A DNA stretch of 62,212 nucleotides, the filler included, from Chiloscyllium plagiosum (Eukaryota): NCBI RefSeq assembly GCF_004010195.1. It is 3 parts of one record of this genome, joined end to end, with 100 filler letters (N's around TTAATTAATTAA, not from the genome) between each part and the next. Parts side by side here need not be neighbours in the genome. Positions count along the whole stretch, not along the records: positions 24,923 to 52,523 come from NC_057712.1; 2 more parts are not named here. One strand, 5' to 3'. The notes beneath the pieces were generated by a model. That model ran no database searches and was not told the DNA's origin. It saw nothing but the letters and a program-made list of their open reading frames with translations. The number at the start of each line of letters is the position of its first letter. The first letter of the stretch is position 1. Both the position numbers and the translations under genes were made by a program. Positions 38,057 through 50,299 of this stretch are shown here, piece by piece.

Positions 38057-38435
38057 CTTGGGCTTACAGAACAAGAGAGTTGACCTCGATGAGTGTTGCA
38101 GACTGGCACATTCCAGGGTCCAGGGCTACCCGCTGAGAGACAGACGACAGCGTGGGGGGAAAGACCAGTCTATGACAGTCCTTAGGCAAAGTTACGGGCG
38201 GGGGGCGTGGGGGTCGGTCCAGTTATCAGACCCTCCCGGTGTCTCGAATATATGTAAATAGTGCCCTGCAGGAGTTAGAAATGCCTTGGGTTTACTTGCT
38301 GGAACTGTAGGGAAAGTCAAACTCCAATGTTTGTCTGTTTGTTTCCATATGCAGAAACTGAGCAGGACCACGCTGCTCTAGTGACTATATGTAGATAAAG
38401 ATTTTTTTGAACAAAGTATATTTTTGAAAGAAATA
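38057..38435 (+). mobile_element. 5'-truncated Tx1-clade LINE 3' end with 11-bp TSD
   Basis: ECCRLAHSRVQGY.LRD...WGKT and an A/T-rich terminus. acagctcggat at 38046-38056 and 38436-38446. Confidence 0.75.
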
Positions 38436-38622
38436 ACAGCTCGGATGAACCCTGCAGAAGCAGTCTCCTGTAAGAAGTCACTTTAACCTGATTTTTTCCC
38501 TCTCTCTGTAATGTTTGTACATCGCCCTCTGTATGTGTGGCAGTGTCTTTGTAAAAGTTTACAAACTGAGCTCCTGTGCCAGGCACCTATCTGAACCCTG
38601 GCTTTCCCCGTCTCTCACTCAC

Positions 38623-38916
38623 CTGCCGCCTGTCCTGAAGGGGGGATCCCGGGCAGCAAGTCTCTGCCCTGTCCTCCATGCTCCGGCTCCGGGCTGAGCG
38701 ACTCTCCGCTCTCATGCTGCTGCCGGCGGCGGAGCGCTGTTCCCCGGGCGCCTGGTGTTGCTGCAGCCGCTGCCGGCTCCCGAGCACCGACCCCGGGCTC
38801 CAGGGGGGCACCACCGCCAGCCCCAACAGCAGGAGGGCAACCGAGGACAGGCAGAGGGGCATCATCCAGCGAGGGGCAGCCGAGACAGGGGGCGGCAGCA
38901 GCTTCCTCCAGGGCAT
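38623..38916 (-). CDS. First coding exon (98 codons, phase 0) of an unidentified secreted or membrane protein
   Basis: gccATG Kozak context, hydrophobic LCLSSVALLLLGLAVV signal/anchor, consensus donor CAG|GTGAGT at 38622, and a CpG-rich island not resembling any repeat. Confidence 0.75.
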
Positions 38917-39240
38917 GGCGAGCTGTGAGCAACTTGTGGTTGCAGTTTCTGGTTGGGAGTGAGGGTTCCCCCTACCCCTGCAGCCCCAGGCTGGCTGGCT
39001 GTCTCTCTCTCTCTCTCCCTCAGTAAGACTGCCTTACTCCCACTCACTTGACAGCTTCAATGAATGAGAGGCAGAGACACAGAACTATACCCAGCTCTCA
39101 CCTCCTCCTGACCCGCCCACCCCCTCAGCCAGCTGCCACCCCACTCCTTGACCCAATATCACCCAGTCAGCCACTCCTCCCCATCCCAGCCATTTATCCC
39201 CCATCCTGGGCATCTGCGGCCACATTTCGAGGGGGGAACT
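38917..39240 (-). promoter_or_regulatory. Probable 5' UTR and promoter of the minus-strand gene
   Basis: (GA)n tract at about 39002-39016, GC box GGGCGGG at 39112-39118 and CCAAT at 39153-39157, upstream of the ATG. Confidence 0.45.
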
Positions 39241-39692
39241 GTGTGCAGTTTTAGTGAAACGCAGTGATTTTCTTACCTGGGGATTTCCCAGGACAGCCAT
39301 TGGGCTGGAGGGTTTTGGTTATGAAGAAAGAAATTGGACAGATCAGCTTGTTTTCCCCAGAGCAGTGGAGTCTGAGAGCGGGGGATGTGACTGAGATGCG
39401 TAAGCTGGTCTGGGACAGGTTGTGGAGGGATCAATGACCAGGGGCGTAGGTTTAAGGGACGGAACAAGGCGGTTTAGAGGGGATGTGATGATTTCACCCA
39501 GAGGCTATGGGAATCTGGAACTCACTGCTTGTCAGAGACAGAATCCCTCATTCCATTTAAGAAACATTTAGATGTTCACTTCCGATGCCAAGGCTATTGA
39601 CCACATGCCGGGAAATGGGATTAGAACAGTTAAGTGGTTGGTTTTGACTGGTGCAGATTTGATGGGCCAAGGGGCCTTTTTCTCTGCTGTAA

Positions 39693-42600
39693 ATGGTGCA
39701 GAGCGACCAGGTGCCCATGAAGGATCTGACAGGCAGTGCCCTTCTCACCACCAGCCGAGCGCTGCCCTGGTGCTTGTTGGAAAGTTCTGGTGATGAGGCG
39801 TTCTGCCAAATGACTTTGACAGTCTGCTCAGGGAACCATGTGACAGGATCCGCCCTCTCCTTCTCCCTCAGGGTCTCGGGGACACTACGTGCCAACCACT
39901 TCCCAATGGACTTGTGGTCAAAGGTCTTTCTCTTTGCAAATTTCTCCATGAAGGCCAGGTAATAGGGAATGGTCCGACTACTCAGGGCATTCCTCAGCAG
40001 CAAGGCCAGGCTCATCCCTCACAACACCAGGGACAGGGAGAAACCCAGTGTGCAGTAACACTTGGTGTTTGTGTACAGAGAGTCCAAGCACTTGCTGTCG
40101 GCACACACAAAGGTGGCCGTCAGGGTGGGGGCGGGGTTGGGTAGGTTCTTCCCCCGAATTTTCCAGAGCTTCATACATGGTGTCCCTTTGGACACGGTCC
40201 ATCATAGACCTCCAGATGAGGTGGAAGATGGCTTGGGTGGCTGAAACAGCACAGGCCTGGGGGGACGAGCCAGACCTGCTCCACGTACAATAACAGAGAG
40301 AGAGCCTCACACCCAGTGACCGGGTTTGTACCCGCGATGGAGATGGACCGATGCTCCCAAAAGCCCAGTTTCTGCTTCACCTTGGCGATTTGCTCCTCCT
40401 AAGTTTTTGCGCATGCCCCAGGCCCTCTGAACCGTATTCCCAGCATCTTCAGATAATCTGTCCTGACGGTGAAGGGGATAAAGGATCAGACAGCCCAGTT
40501 CCTGAAGAACATGGACTCGCTCTTGCCTCGATTTCTCTTGGCTCCTGAGGCCAGTTTGAACTGGTGACAGATTCCCATGAGTCTGTGCACTGACAGTGGA
40601 TCTGAGCAGAAAACAGTGACATCGTCCATGTACGGGGAGGCTTTGACCTGCTGGTCCCTGCTGCCTGAAATAGTCATCCCTCTCAGACTCACATCCTTCC
40701 TGATGGACTCAGCAAAGGGCTCTATACAACACGCAACCAAGGCAGGAGAGACCAGGCAGCCCTGCCTGACTCCAGATCTGATCGGGAAGCTTTCAGATTC
40801 CTGCCCGTTGAATTGAGACTGCACTAACAATGCTGGGATAGGGCAGTCAGATGCAATTGCAGATTCGCTCCCCAAAGCCCATGTTGGAGAGCACGTCCTA
40901 CATGTAGAATTAGAATTAGATTTAGAATTTATTGTCGTATGCATTTTAACATTAAAAATACAATGAAAAGTGTTCTAAGTCACCCTACCATGGTGCCTAT
41001 AATGACAGAAGTCATGACAAAAACACAAGTTACAAAATTAAATAAAAATTATGTTATTATAAAACAAAGTTCGACCAAGTCCATTTAAAGGCTCCTGGTC
41101 TCAACGAAAGCAGATCCACGATGAGAACAACAGGACAGGACAAAAACTGAAACGCTGGGACGCCACATCACTGGGTCAAAAGCTTCAGAAGACATACCAC
41201 CACCAAGAATACCAGTCCAAAAAAAACGCTAGCCCACCAGATTGCTGGGCTGCCACCCAAGGACTAAACAAAAGGGTGAGCCATCAGAAAACCAAGACAG
41301 AAGCACTCTACGAAGATCTAGATTCAAGCTGGACAGCCCAAGATCACAAACTGGGCCAACCACCCCAACAGAGACCACAGCACAGGTCACAGGCCGAGAC
41401 CAACACGTCGGGAAAGACCTCCAGAAGCAATAGCCACTCAGGAGAAGCTCATGGCTGAAGCTTTCAAAATGAAGGTAAGTGAATTTGAACTTACCTATAG
41501 TATAGTGTATGTACTAACTGAAAGACCTTAAAAACAGAAAAAAGGGAAAAGAAAATAGTAAAGGCAACTGAGTAGATAAACAATGGCCTCCTAAGCTGAG
41601 GAGCCCATGTTACATGTAGGTGTGTGATATCCCATCGAGGAGCCTTCCCCTGGTCCAGGCTGAGGAGGCAGCTGTCCACTCCCCTGTCCTGACCGTATCC
41701 CTGAGGAGCGTGAGGCTCTCCGAGATCGTCCTTCCTGGGACAGCACAGGATTGATCAGAGTGGATCACTGATCCCAGAGCAGACCTTACTCACTTGGCGA
41801 TGACATTAGACAGGAATTTCTAACCTGCACTCAGCAATGATATTGGTCACCAATTTCTAACACCCTCCCTCCCCCTCCCCGCTTGTAGGTGAGGGTGATG
41901 ATACATTTCCTCATGGATTTGTACATGCTCCCTGCCAGAAGCACATACTGTCATACACCACCAGCAGGTCCCAGCCAATCAAGTCCCACAGAGCCGAATA
42001 CAACTCGGCCGGTAAGCTGTCACTTTGGGAAGTTTCATTCTTTTCTAAGGATTCGAGGACCTTGGCCAGCTCATCCAGAGACAGCGACTGGTATAGCCTC
42101 TCCTGCATGCTGTTGTCTAAGACCTCAGTGATAGAGACAGTAATGACTGGGAGGCTGCGCTGTCTGTGGGCTTCATGTCGCACAGTCTGGCATTAGATAA
42201 TTTGCTGACTCTCAGGATGTCAGACTGAGGTGACGTTACTGAGCCATCTTCTTCCTTCAGGCTGCTGAGCACGGAGCTTTCCCTGTGCACCTTGAGGATG
42301 TCTCAGCCCACTCCACCATGCGGACCCTGGACTGGAAGATTATCTTGGAGGCCTCTGAGACAAAGAGTGAGGTTTACTGGCTCTTCACCCCCTCGAGACC
42401 CTCTGTGACATTGACTCCCGCCATCTGCAGCAGGATTAGGTCCTGCAGGCTTTTGTAGAGTTTGGACAGTTTTGCCCGCCTTTCTCTCACCTTCTGATTG
42501 TCTTTGAGGATAAAGCATCTCTTAATGTTCCCATTGACCGTTTCCCACCAGTCCCCACTGGAGACTCAGAGAGGGGCTTCATGCTTCTCTAACCTGTGTA

Positions 42601-42785
42601 ATCCCTTTGAGCTCCTCAATGTTTTCTGGGGTCAACAATTCCACATTCAGCTTCCACATTCCCTTGCTAACCCACTGGTCATCCTTTAGGTGACAGTCAG
42701 CCAGCAGGAGGCAGTGGTCAGAGAAGAACACCGGCTTGACATCAGTAGATCTGACCAAGAAAGTGCAGGACGCAAACAGGAAAGC
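39693..42785 (-). mobile_element. Decayed Tx1-clade LINE ORF2 (APE end, RT, C-terminal region)
   Basis: FFSDHCLL, MWKLN, LLSLDQ(E)KA, SGVRQGC, YMDDVTVF and WQNASSPELSNKHQ, with frameshifts. Confidence 0.9.
40908..41610 (-). mobile_element. 703-bp non-coding insertion with 9-bp TSD and (ATTCTA)n tail
   Basis: tacatgtag at 40899-40907 and 41611-41619. The minus-strand end is acaataaa followed by ttctaa repeats, and the insert splits the Tx1 RT. Confidence 0.75.
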
Positions 42786-43371
42786 TAGCTTCTCTCTTCA
42801 TTGTGAAGCTGTTTGACATTTTCTAGCCTGATTCTCACTATTTGGTCCTAATAGAGGATCTGGATAACTCTTACGCCTTTACTGTCAATGTTACATTTCA
42901 GCCACACATCTATTAGCTTTCTGTAATAAACACGATCAAACACTTTTACCTGTGAGGCATATGTAAATGTTCTTGTTTATTTCTCGATATTTATCAAAGA
43001 TTGTTCCCAAATTTATGATGCACTCTCTTGTGTTTCCCCACCTCTGGTTCTCATTTTAATCCAAGGTTTCTCACCGGGGGAATATCCTGGAAAGCTTCAA
43101 GAACCACCTTTAAATTATTTCCATTTCAGTTTTTATCATCAGGACCCATGACCACTGGGTCATTGCTGGTTTAGTGAGAGTTATCTATCTATAGGAATGT
43201 TGGAGTATGAATCCGTCTGTGAAGACAGTGCAACTAAATCAGATACTTTCATTCCTTTGGCTGGTGTAGTCAGTTGTTTGGCAGTGACTAAATGTTAAAG
43301 TGTAGGTCATCAACCTGGTAGCCCTCAGAGATGACCCGAGGACGTGACAGACACTTTATGAACGCAAAATA

Positions 43372-43506
43372 AAAAACAAAACAACTGCAGATGCTGTGAA
43401 TCAGAAACAAAACCAGGAGGTTCTGGAAAAGCTCAGCAGGTCTGACGCAGCTGTGAACAGAAATCAAAGCTAACTTTTCAGGTCCGGTGACCCTTCCTCA
43501 GAACTG
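43372..43506 (-). mobile_element. Short PLE terminal repeat (second family) with hammerhead core
   Basis: Minus strand cagtt-CTGAGGA-A-GGGTC(accg)GACCT-GAAA-A-GTT-agct, followed by gacctgctgagcttttccag...cagcatctgcag. Confidence 0.7.
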
Positions 43507-43559
43507 TTCCCAGTTAAATGTGAGATCTGAATGTCAGTGCCAATGTATCGCCAATTATG

Positions 43560-43897
43560 TAGAATCATAGAATTTGTACAGTGTGGAAGCAGGCCCATTG
43601 AGTCCACGCTGCCCCTTCAAATAACATCCGGCTCAGACCCAGAACCAACCCCCTCCACCCCATTCTATTCTGTAGCCCTGCATTTCCCATGGCTAATCCA
43701 TCTCGTCTGCACAACCCTGGAAACTACAGGCAATTAGCACGGCCAATCCACCTGACCTGCACATCTTTGGTCTGTGGGAAGAAACCCACACAGACACAGG
43801 GAGTATGTGCAAACTCCACACAAACAGTCGCCTGAGGCTGGAATCAAACTCAGGGCCCTGGCGCTGTGAGGCAGCAGTGCGAGCCACCGTGCCAACC
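43560..43897 (-). mobile_element. HE1-type V-SINE
   Basis: Head, V-domain and tail as in the other copies. Confidence 0.88.
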
Positions 43898-44164
43898 GCA
43901 AAGGCTGTAGGCTGTATATTTCAATGACTGGCAGATTGTAACAAACAGCATATCTCTTCAATCGGTCATGATAAACGTGTTAATGACTATACCCCACAAA
44001 CCCATGCTTGCAAAACTCAAAATGTACCCAGCATTACTTATCATTCTACAGTCGGACAGCATTTGCTAAATAATCCCAAGTATGTGAATAATTACATTGA
44101 CAGCCAGTTCCGGATTGTTTGTCGGGCTTGCAGTGTGATGCACTTGACTATACTGGAAGTCAGA

Positions 44165-44350
44165 GTTGAAAAATGTGGTGCTTGAAAAACACAGCAGGCC
44201 AGCGAGCATCCGAGGAGCAGGGGAATCGATGTTTCGGGCATAAGCCCTTCTTCAGGAATGAAGAATGAAGCTCTGGCCTGGCCTGCTGTGTTTTTCCAAC
44301 ACCACATTTTTCAACTCTGGTACTCCAGCATCTGCAGTCCTCACTTTCTC
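44165..44350. mobile_element. PLE mini-insertion: two inverted terminal fragments with one hammerhead core, TSD about 17 bp
   Basis: ctatactggaagtcaga flanks both sides. 44161-44202 is inverted against 44278-44319. The minus-strand core CUGAAGA-A-GGGC(UUAU)GCCC-GAAA-C-AUC lies at about 44227-44256. Confidence 0.85.
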
Positions 44351-44567
44351 CTATACTGGAAGTCAGACACATGCATGGACATGGTCACCAATTTAAGATG
44401 GAGACAAGGAGACTTCTTTTTAACACAGAGATTATACAACATTGTTTCATAAGATAACTAGGCCATTCATCATATCAACCGAGGAAACCTTCTCTGAACT
44501 GTTTCCAAAATTTTTACATTGTTCCTTAAATAATGAGACCAATACTGTCCACGGTACTCCAAATATA

Positions 44568-45320
44568 CAAAGAACAAAGAAGAACAAAGAAAGCGTACAG
44601 CCCAGGAACAGGCCCTTCGGCCCTCCAAGCCTGAGCTGATCCAAATCCACTATCTAAACCTGTCGGTCAATTCCTAAGCATCTGTGTCCCTCTGCTCCAC
44701 ACCTACTCATGCATCTGTCCGGACGCATCTTAAATTAATCTACCGTGCCTGCCTCTACCACCCTCTGTGTGAAGTACTTGCCACCTGTATCCCCCTTAAA
44801 CTTTCCACCTCTCACCTTGAAAGCATGACCTCTGGTTATTGAATCCTTCACCCTGGGATAAAGCTTGTCTCTATCTACCCTGTCTATACCCTTCATGATT
44901 TTGTAAACCTCAATCAGGTCACCCCTCAATCTTCTTTTTTCTAGTGAAAATAAGCCTAACCTACACAACCTCTTTTCATAGCTAGCACCTTCCATACCAG
45001 GCAACATCCTTCTCTGCACGCTCTCCAAAGCGGCCACATCCTTGTGGTAATGTAGCGACCAGAACTGTACACAGTATTCTAAATCGGCCAAACCAATGTC
45101 TTGTAAATTGTTAACATGACTGGCCAGCTCTTATACTCATTACCCCGTCCAATGAAAGCAAGCATTGATTGCCTTCTTGACCACTCTATCCACCTGTGCA
45201 GCAACCTTCAGGGTACAATGGACCAACACTCCCAGAACTCTCTGCCCATCAACTTTTCCCAAGGCTCTTCCACTCATTGGATAATTCGCTCTAGAATTGA
45301 ACTTGCCTAAATGCATCACC
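44568..45320 (-). mobile_element. CR1 3' fragment nested in an older CR1
   Basis: LEYCVQFWSLHYHKDV...LRGDLIEVYKIM with a (tgttctt)n tail. Confidence 0.9.
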
Positions 45321-46569
45321 TAGGTCTCACTAGTGCTCTGTATAACTGAAACGTAACCTCCCTACTTTGATATTCAGTTACAATAAAGGATCATTAACAT
45401 TCCTTTCGTCTTCCTAATTACTTGCCATACCTTCATACTAACCTTTTGTGATTTATGCACTAGGATACCCAGATCCCTCTGTAATCCCTTATTGTTTCAA
45501 TAATGTGCTTCTTCTCTTCCTGCCTGCCAAATTAGATTGGGCTTGTTTTCCCCAAATGTTGGATGATGTAATTGAAGTGTGCAAGATCCATAATGTCCTC
45601 GAGAAGGCAGGTGTGGGTTCGATGTTTTCTGTTCTGGTGAGTCTAGAACTAAACGATACTGTTTTAAAATTTGGGATCGCCTTCAAGGACAGCAATAAGA
45701 AGAAATATTTTGCCTCAGAAGGATGTTTGATTTTAGAACACTCTGGAGAAGGCAGGATCTATGAATAATTTTAAGACGGAGGTGAACAGATTCCTGTTGG
45801 GCAGGAGCATCAACAGTTATCGGGGTACATAGGGTTACAAAATACAAACAAACCAACTATCACCTGATTGAATGGTACAGCAGTCTGATGGGGCCAAATG
45901 GCCTAATCTGCTCCTATGCTTGAAGCTTGACCTCTTACTACCTGTGGTGCAATCACCTTCTTGAAGATATGATCTGGGAAGCAATCGCCCTTTTCTGAAA
46001 ATCCATAATGTGTTCAAACAGCTGGAGACACTTCCTACACATGATTCCCCAAGATGCATGAAATGTCCTGAAATTCCCACAGGGGCAGGAATTGTAACAG
46101 GTCTCAGCTGCCGGTCCACAATCCCAGCAAAGTCCTTCTTTTATGATTGTGTTTTTATATTTCTCTTTAATTCCTGCCTCTGAACCTACACTGTTTTAAC
46201 CTTCATGTTTATTCACCCCCTAAATACTTTGCCTAGGTGACAATATACTTTCCCAGCCATACCCTCCTTCAGAGGGAGAAAGAGACAAAAAAAAACATAC
46301 CAGTCATTCACTGTCCTATTTCTGTGTGATGTAACACTTTGATTACCACAATCACTCAATTCTGAACCTTGCTTCTCCCCACTAGTCTCACTGTACTCAT
46401 GATTTTGTAGTTACTGCTGACAAATGTTTACCTCCCTCAGTCTGGCTCAGTGCGGCTGTTTAATCCTCCTCACTGATCTTACTGTGTTTTCCACAGACTC
46501 GGGTAAACACTGGAAATGGATGAGAAGTTGATTGATGGCAAAATACTGTGGGGTGTCCTGGGACTTGTT

Positions 46570-46815
46570 CATAGAATCCCTCCAGTGTGGAAGCAGGCCA
46601 TTCAGCCAATCAAGTCACACCAACCTCTCCAAAAAGCATCCCGCCCTATCCTTACATTCCCCATGGCCAATCCACCTAACCTGCACATCATTGTGGGCTG
46701 TGTGAGGACCTGGAGCACCCAGAGGAAACCCACACAGACAGTCGCCCGAAGGTTGGAATCAGAGCCAAGTCCCCGGTGCTGTGAGGCAGCAGTGCTAACC
46801 ACCACTGTACCACCC
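46570..46815 (-). mobile_element. HE1-type V-SINE, internally deleted
   Basis: gctgtgaggcagcagtgctaaccac head, V-domain remnant and tail. Confidence 0.82.
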
Positions 46816-48578
46816 TATCAGGAAGACTATTGCCTCCCATTACCCTGGAGATGGAAACTCAACAATTCATGTTTGATCAGATTTGCTAATGCCAGAGACA
46901 AGCACAGGTTTGCAGAGGGAGTTGAACAAAATAAACACGAGTTGATCAGTGGGAGGGGAAGTTGGCTGCAGATGCAGAGGGCACAGCAATAAACAACAGC
47001 CTGGAAATAATGTTGGAACATTTCACGCTTTTGGGGACGGAAACCTATGAGTCACCGTAGTGAAAGAGGTCCAAACAGAACAGAGCAGCAATTAACAAAA
47101 CCAATACAATCCTGATCTGTGCAGTAAAAACTAATGGGTTCAGTTTGGAGTTTGGGTTCATGATCATACCATATAGAGCTGTCAGACAGCACGTGGGTAC
47201 ATTTTAATATTGTGTGATTGTTTAAAATGGGTAAGAACAAATTGGAAATTTATGTGACATCTCTGTTATCTTCTTTCCCTCTTTACTCCAATGAAAGGCG
47301 TAAAGATACTGACTCACTTCCAGCTGCTTTTCATCCACCCAACAAAATACTCTACAGTTCTGGTTGGCACGTTAGATTTTATAACATATCAAACTTCAGA
47401 GACTTGCTCTGATGTTTTGTAACAGAATCCACACTCTAATCCATTCACTGGTTGTACTGGAGCAGAAATTTGGCCAGTTCTTTCAGAAAACACACAGTCC
47501 CACTTTTCCATGTGAATACAGATCAATAAATGGATGATCATAAAGCAATGTGTTTCCTTTTACTGGCACAATCTGCCATCACAAACATAGACCCATTCTA
47601 TGGTACAGTTACCTAAAGTTTTACAATTATTAAATCACATCAGAAGGTTCAGAGCAAATGCCTACAGGTAGGAATGAGCAGGGGGGAGGAATTTGTGAAC
47701 TCTTTCCATTCTAGATTAGATTAGTTTAGATTACTTACAGTGTTCTCTGGCAGTTGGTCTGTATTCTGGTAATGCTGTATTCTATTGTTAGTTAATGTGT
47801 TGCAGTGTGTGAGGTTAGGACAGCAAATATGTTCACACAGACAGTCGTATGAGGGTGACTTTGAGTGGGGGAAGGAGATTTTTTTGCTTATCTGCCAGAA
47901 CTAGGGAGAGTTTCAGAAATCCCCCCAAAAAAACGCCCTTAAGGCCAAGTTTAGGATGGAAACATTAGATAAGGTCCAAATTGGAATTCCTATCTTGATC
48001 TGTGTTGGGGATATTCAGTTACTTGTTCAGTTATACCCATGGAGAGACCTCATTACTGCAGGCTGTGGGCTGTTCTCCTATGTCTTTACTTCCTTGTCTT
48101 GGGCTTTATGTAACCCATTCAATTTTTTTAGGCCCTTCCTTGCCATTTACATTGTTTAAAGGGGTAAGGGTATGAAAGGCTAATACTGGGCAGTGCATCA
48201 AGTCCCCCCCTCCCTTTCCCAATATCGTCAAATCAGATGGATTCAGGCAGGGACCTCGAAGGCTTAATGTCTGACATTGAGGTCTCCCTCCTAGCCTCAG
48301 TAACAATATACCAATGTAACTTATATCTCGTTGCTATCATGGAATAAACTAAATCACGTTTAAGACAACAGCCTCTCGTCATTCAGCTACTAAGTGATTT
48401 TCTTCTACCACACTACATGGCATTTTTTTCCTTTTCCAATAATGGTCCAATTTCGTTTTGTAAACCACAATTGACCCTATCTCCATTACACTCTCCGACA
48501 GTGCAATGCAGATCCTAACCACATACTGCTTCACCCATCCAGCACAAATCTTTTGACTCCCTTGTAGGTCAAGGATCC

Positions 48579-49515
48579 AGGAGAAAGTGAGGACGGCAGA
48601 TGCTGGAGAATCCGAGTTGAAACGTGTGGTGCTGGAAAAGCGCAGCAGGTCAGGCAGCAGCCGAGGGATTAGAGTGGTGCTGGAAAAGTGCAGCAGGTCA
48701 GGCAGCATCCCAGGGGCAGGGGAGTCCATGTTTCAGGCATTCACCCTTCATCAGGAATGTGGGAGGGGCAGGGAAGGGAGCTGAGAGATAAATAGGGGGA
48801 GGGCATGGGGTTCGGGGGGGGAAAGGTAACTGGGAAGGTGATATGTGGATGTAGGTAGGAGGTGATTGTGATAGGTCGGTGGGAAGGTGGGGTGGATGGG
48901 TGGAAGGCAGATGGACAGGTAGGTCAGGTCAAGAGGGCAGTAAAAATTAGAGTGGTGCTGGAAAAGCACAGCAGGTCAGCCAGCATCAAGAGGGCAGTGC
49001 CAATTTGTAGGGTTGGATCTGGGATAAGGTGGGGATGAGGTGGGGGAGGGGAGACTTGGAAACTGGTGAAGTCGATGTTGATGCCGTGTGGTTGTAGGGT
49101 CTCAAGGTGACTTGGATTTGATGGTGGAGGAGGCCCAGGACTTACATGTCCTTGGGGAAGTGGGAGGGGGAGTTGGAGTGAGGTTGTTTGGTGCGTATCC
49201 CAGAGATATTCCCTGAAATGTTCCGCGGGTTGGTGTCCTGTCTCCTCGATGTAGAGGAGACCAGATCAGGAGCAACGGACACAGTAGATGAGGTGGGTGG
49301 ATGTACAGGAAAATCTCTGCCGGATGTGAAAAGATCCTTTGGGGCCTTGGATGGAGGTGAGAGGGTGGCTTGGGCACAGGTTTTACACCGTGTGCAGCGG
49401 CAAGGGAAGGGGCCGGGAGTGGAGGGTGGGTTGGTGGGGAGCATGGACCTAACCAGGGAGTTGGGGAGGGAATGGTCTGTGCAGAACACAGATAGGGGTG
49501 GGGAGGGAAACATTT
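48579..49515 (-). mobile_element. Penelope-like element 3' portion (GIY-YIG) with tandem terminal fragments
   Basis: Minus strand FPCRCTRCKTC, then LIYCVRC..GLLYI(E)ET. Three copies of gtggtgctggaaaagc.cagcaggtca and a degenerate hammerhead at about 48727-48756. Confidence 0.85.
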
Positions 49516-49829
49516 TCAGTAGTGGGGTCTATCCAACTCAGCCTTGAAATTAGTCAATGGCCCTATCTCCACAACTCTCTGGGAAAGAGCACACCTCGGG
49601 AAAAAAAAATACATTCTCCTACATCTTAAGTGGAAGACATTTACTTTTAAACTATGCCCCTTGTTCAATTGTCTCCCACAAGGATTCACATTCTTTCAAT
49701 ATTCACCCTGTAATGTCCCTTCAGGATCTGATCAACAAGATCATCTTTCATTTACCTCAATTCCAATGGATAGAAGTGCAGCCTACTCAACTCTACCTTT
49801 TCAGACAGCACATTCATCTCAGGAATCAG

Positions 49830-50290
49830 TCAACTCTGCTGGATGTTTCGGATGCCGAGGGTCTGACTGCCAAAGCAAACCTTCCTTGCCCGGCTCAAGG
49901 AAGGCACTGGAATGAGAGGAGGACCATGGAAACATTTCCCTGAAGGCTTACCTCAAGGAATGCAACATAGACGCCAATGCCTTGGATAGTCTCGCTCAGA
50001 AGAAACCGACTTGGAGGAAGCTCCTGTCTGAAGGGACACCATTCTTTAAGAACGTCCATCAGCCAGAGAAATTCTGGGGAAGGAAGCAGAGAAAGGAATT
50101 TCAATGGTCTCAAGGCCAAGGACCAATTCCACCTCCTGGAACCACCTGCTAAACGTGTGGTGCGAGATGTGAATCTGGGATCGCGTTCATCAGCCACACA
50201 ATGACCCACTGAACCCATTCCCATTGACATGGTATATCCAAGGTGGACAGTCAGTCTCATTAGTGAGTGGTTGCTGATGGTGACAGGCAC
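49830..50290 (+). mobile_element. RTE-clade LINE 3' fragment
   Basis: LKAYLKECNIDANALDSLAQKKPTWRKLL...TCGARCESGIAFISH. Confidence 0.7.
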
Positions 50291-50299
50291 AGCCTGTCC

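Noticed and set aside
46470..46560. Strong plus-strand acceptor (ttactgtgttttccacAG)
   Set aside because: All three frames stop within about 12 codons and there is no supporting partner exon.
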